A stretch of DNA of 64,000 nt from Thermoanaerobaculia bacterium (lineage in GTDB: Bacteria; Acidobacteriota; Thermoanaerobaculia; UBA5066), in the NCBI GenBank assembly GCA_963816185.1, contig CAWFJJ010000008.1, positions 32,001 through 96,000 on the forward strand. The letters are read 5' to 3'. The notes beneath the pieces are model-generated. The model was not told where the DNA came from. It saw nothing but the letters and a program-made list of their open reading frames with translations, and searched no databases. Below are positions 62,910 through 64,000 of the stretch, one piece after another (within the stretch, counting starts at the first letter, position 1; every line of letters begins with the position of its first letter). The position numbers and the translations under genes were made by a program.

Positions 62910-64000
62910 GAAGCCCCGCCTTGAACGCCTTGATCGTTCTGGCCTTTCTTGTATCGGCGAGGGGCACCCGGGCCGCTCCGGTCGACCCGCCGGCCGCCGA
63001 GGGCATTCCAATCGCCGCAAGCGAGGTCGTTACCGAGACCACGTCCGAGATCATGGCCCGGGACCTGCGGATGTCCGTGACGGCGCCTCAGAAGACGCTC
63101 GATTTCTTCATCGGCCGGGAGGACACGAGCCAAAAGAGGGTCGACCCCGACGCCGAGAACCGGCGGCAGGGGCCGGCTGTGGGGCCGCAGTCACCGGAGA
63201 TCTCGACTGGAGGAGGTCCGCTCCTCCCGCAGATCATCGGCGTGAATGCGAACGGGCCCGGCTCGGGCTCCTCGCCGTGCGGAACGCCTCCGGACACGAT
63301 GGGCGCCGTCGGGCCCACGCAGTTCATCTCCATCGTGAACTGCAACGTCGTCTCGTACAACAAGGCGACGGGCGCCGCGGACGGCGTCCTGAACACGACA
63401 CCGAACAATTTCTTCAGCTCCGTCCGCTCGAACGGCACGAGCGACCCGCACGTCCGGTACGACCGAACCTCCCAGCGCTGGTTCCTTTTCATCATCGACG
63501 TGACGTTCCCGAACAACCGGCTGCTCGTCGCGGTCAGCAACACGGCGACGATCACCGGGTCGACGACCTGGAGCTTCTTCTTCGTCCAGACGGGTCTCGT
63601 CACTCACACGAACTGCCTCGCCGACTACCCGACGCCGGGAATCGACGCCAACGGGATCTACGTCGGTGTGAACCAGTTCTGCGGAACGTCCCTCGGCACG
63701 GCGACGTATGCCGGCTCGGACCTGTTCGTCATCCAGAAAAGCTCGGTCACGAGCGGCGGGTCGATCCACGCGACAAAGTTCACGAGCATCGGCCCCTTCA
63801 CGCCGCAGGGAGTCGACAACTCCGATCCGACGGCCACCGAGGGTTACGTGATCGGCACCAGCAATACTTCGTGGAGTCAGCTGGATCTCTTCCGTGTGAG
63901 CAATCCCGGGACCTCCTCTCCGTCGCTCTCGTCCGCCGTGCACATCTCCACGGCAAACCACGGGATTCCGATCACGCAGCCGCACATGGGCAACACCGGC
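62906..64000 (+). CDS. Secreted protein of unknown function, runs off the window end
   Basis: Not in the ORF track; GTG overlaps the protease stop. Signal peptide, PPDTMGAVGP, DPHVRYD..SQRW, LVAVS and ADYP..GID.NGIYV. Confidence 0.8.
   Translation, partial: MRSPALNALIVLAFLVSARGTRAAPVDPPAAEGIPIAASEVVTETTSEIMARDLRMSVTAPQKTLDFFIGREDTSQKRVDPDAENRRQGPAVGPQSPEISTGGGPLLPQIIGVNANGPGSGSSPCGTPPDTMGAVGPTQFISIVNCNVVSYNKATGAADGVLNTTPNNFFSSVRSNGTSDPHVRYDRTSQRWFLFIIDVTFPNNRLLVAVSNTATITGSTTWSFFFVQTGLVTHTNCLADYPTPGIDANGIYVGVNQFCGTSLGTATYAGSDLFVIQKSSVTSGGSIHATKFTSIGPFTPQGVDNSDPTATEGYVIGTSNTSWSQLDLFRVSNPGTSSPSLSSAVHISTANHGIPITQPHMGNTG

Overview
High-GC (about 70% by eye) bacterial chromosomal segment. Gene content suggests Acidobacteriota, probably class Thermoanaerobaculia (inference): lpxC, Ser/Thr kinases fused to TonB or PD40 domains, a DUF4388 protein and secreted proteins with characteristic C-terminal domains. 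Most of the window is housekeeping: gatB, ftsEX, ruvC-yebC-mtaB, a Btu/Fec-like ABC transporter, accD-folC-dgt, glyA, nadE, ftcD, ntrYX, lpxC and smpB. Accessory parts are a small flexirubin/aryl-polyene-like lipid module at 0.7-7.1 kb, a large secreted beta-propeller protein at 33.7-37.0 kb, a broken mazF/kinase junction at 46.6-49.2 kb, and membrane and secreted proteins after smpB. Many genes are split by single indels, probably long-read errors. I saw no rRNA, tRNA, tmRNA, CRISPR array, integrase or transposase. The most notable signals are: an apparently bidirectional, doubly leaderless promoter (palindromic ATCTTAAGAT), within a wider pattern of leaderless starts and CTG starts; a glutamine amidotransferase-crotonase fusion beside the KS/CLF pair; a pseudo-receiver/kinase/TonB fusion; structured hairpin elements with GAA triloops; and an adenine-biased 60-bp duplicate of the mazF 5' end. 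All calls come from motif reading by eye, without database searches.
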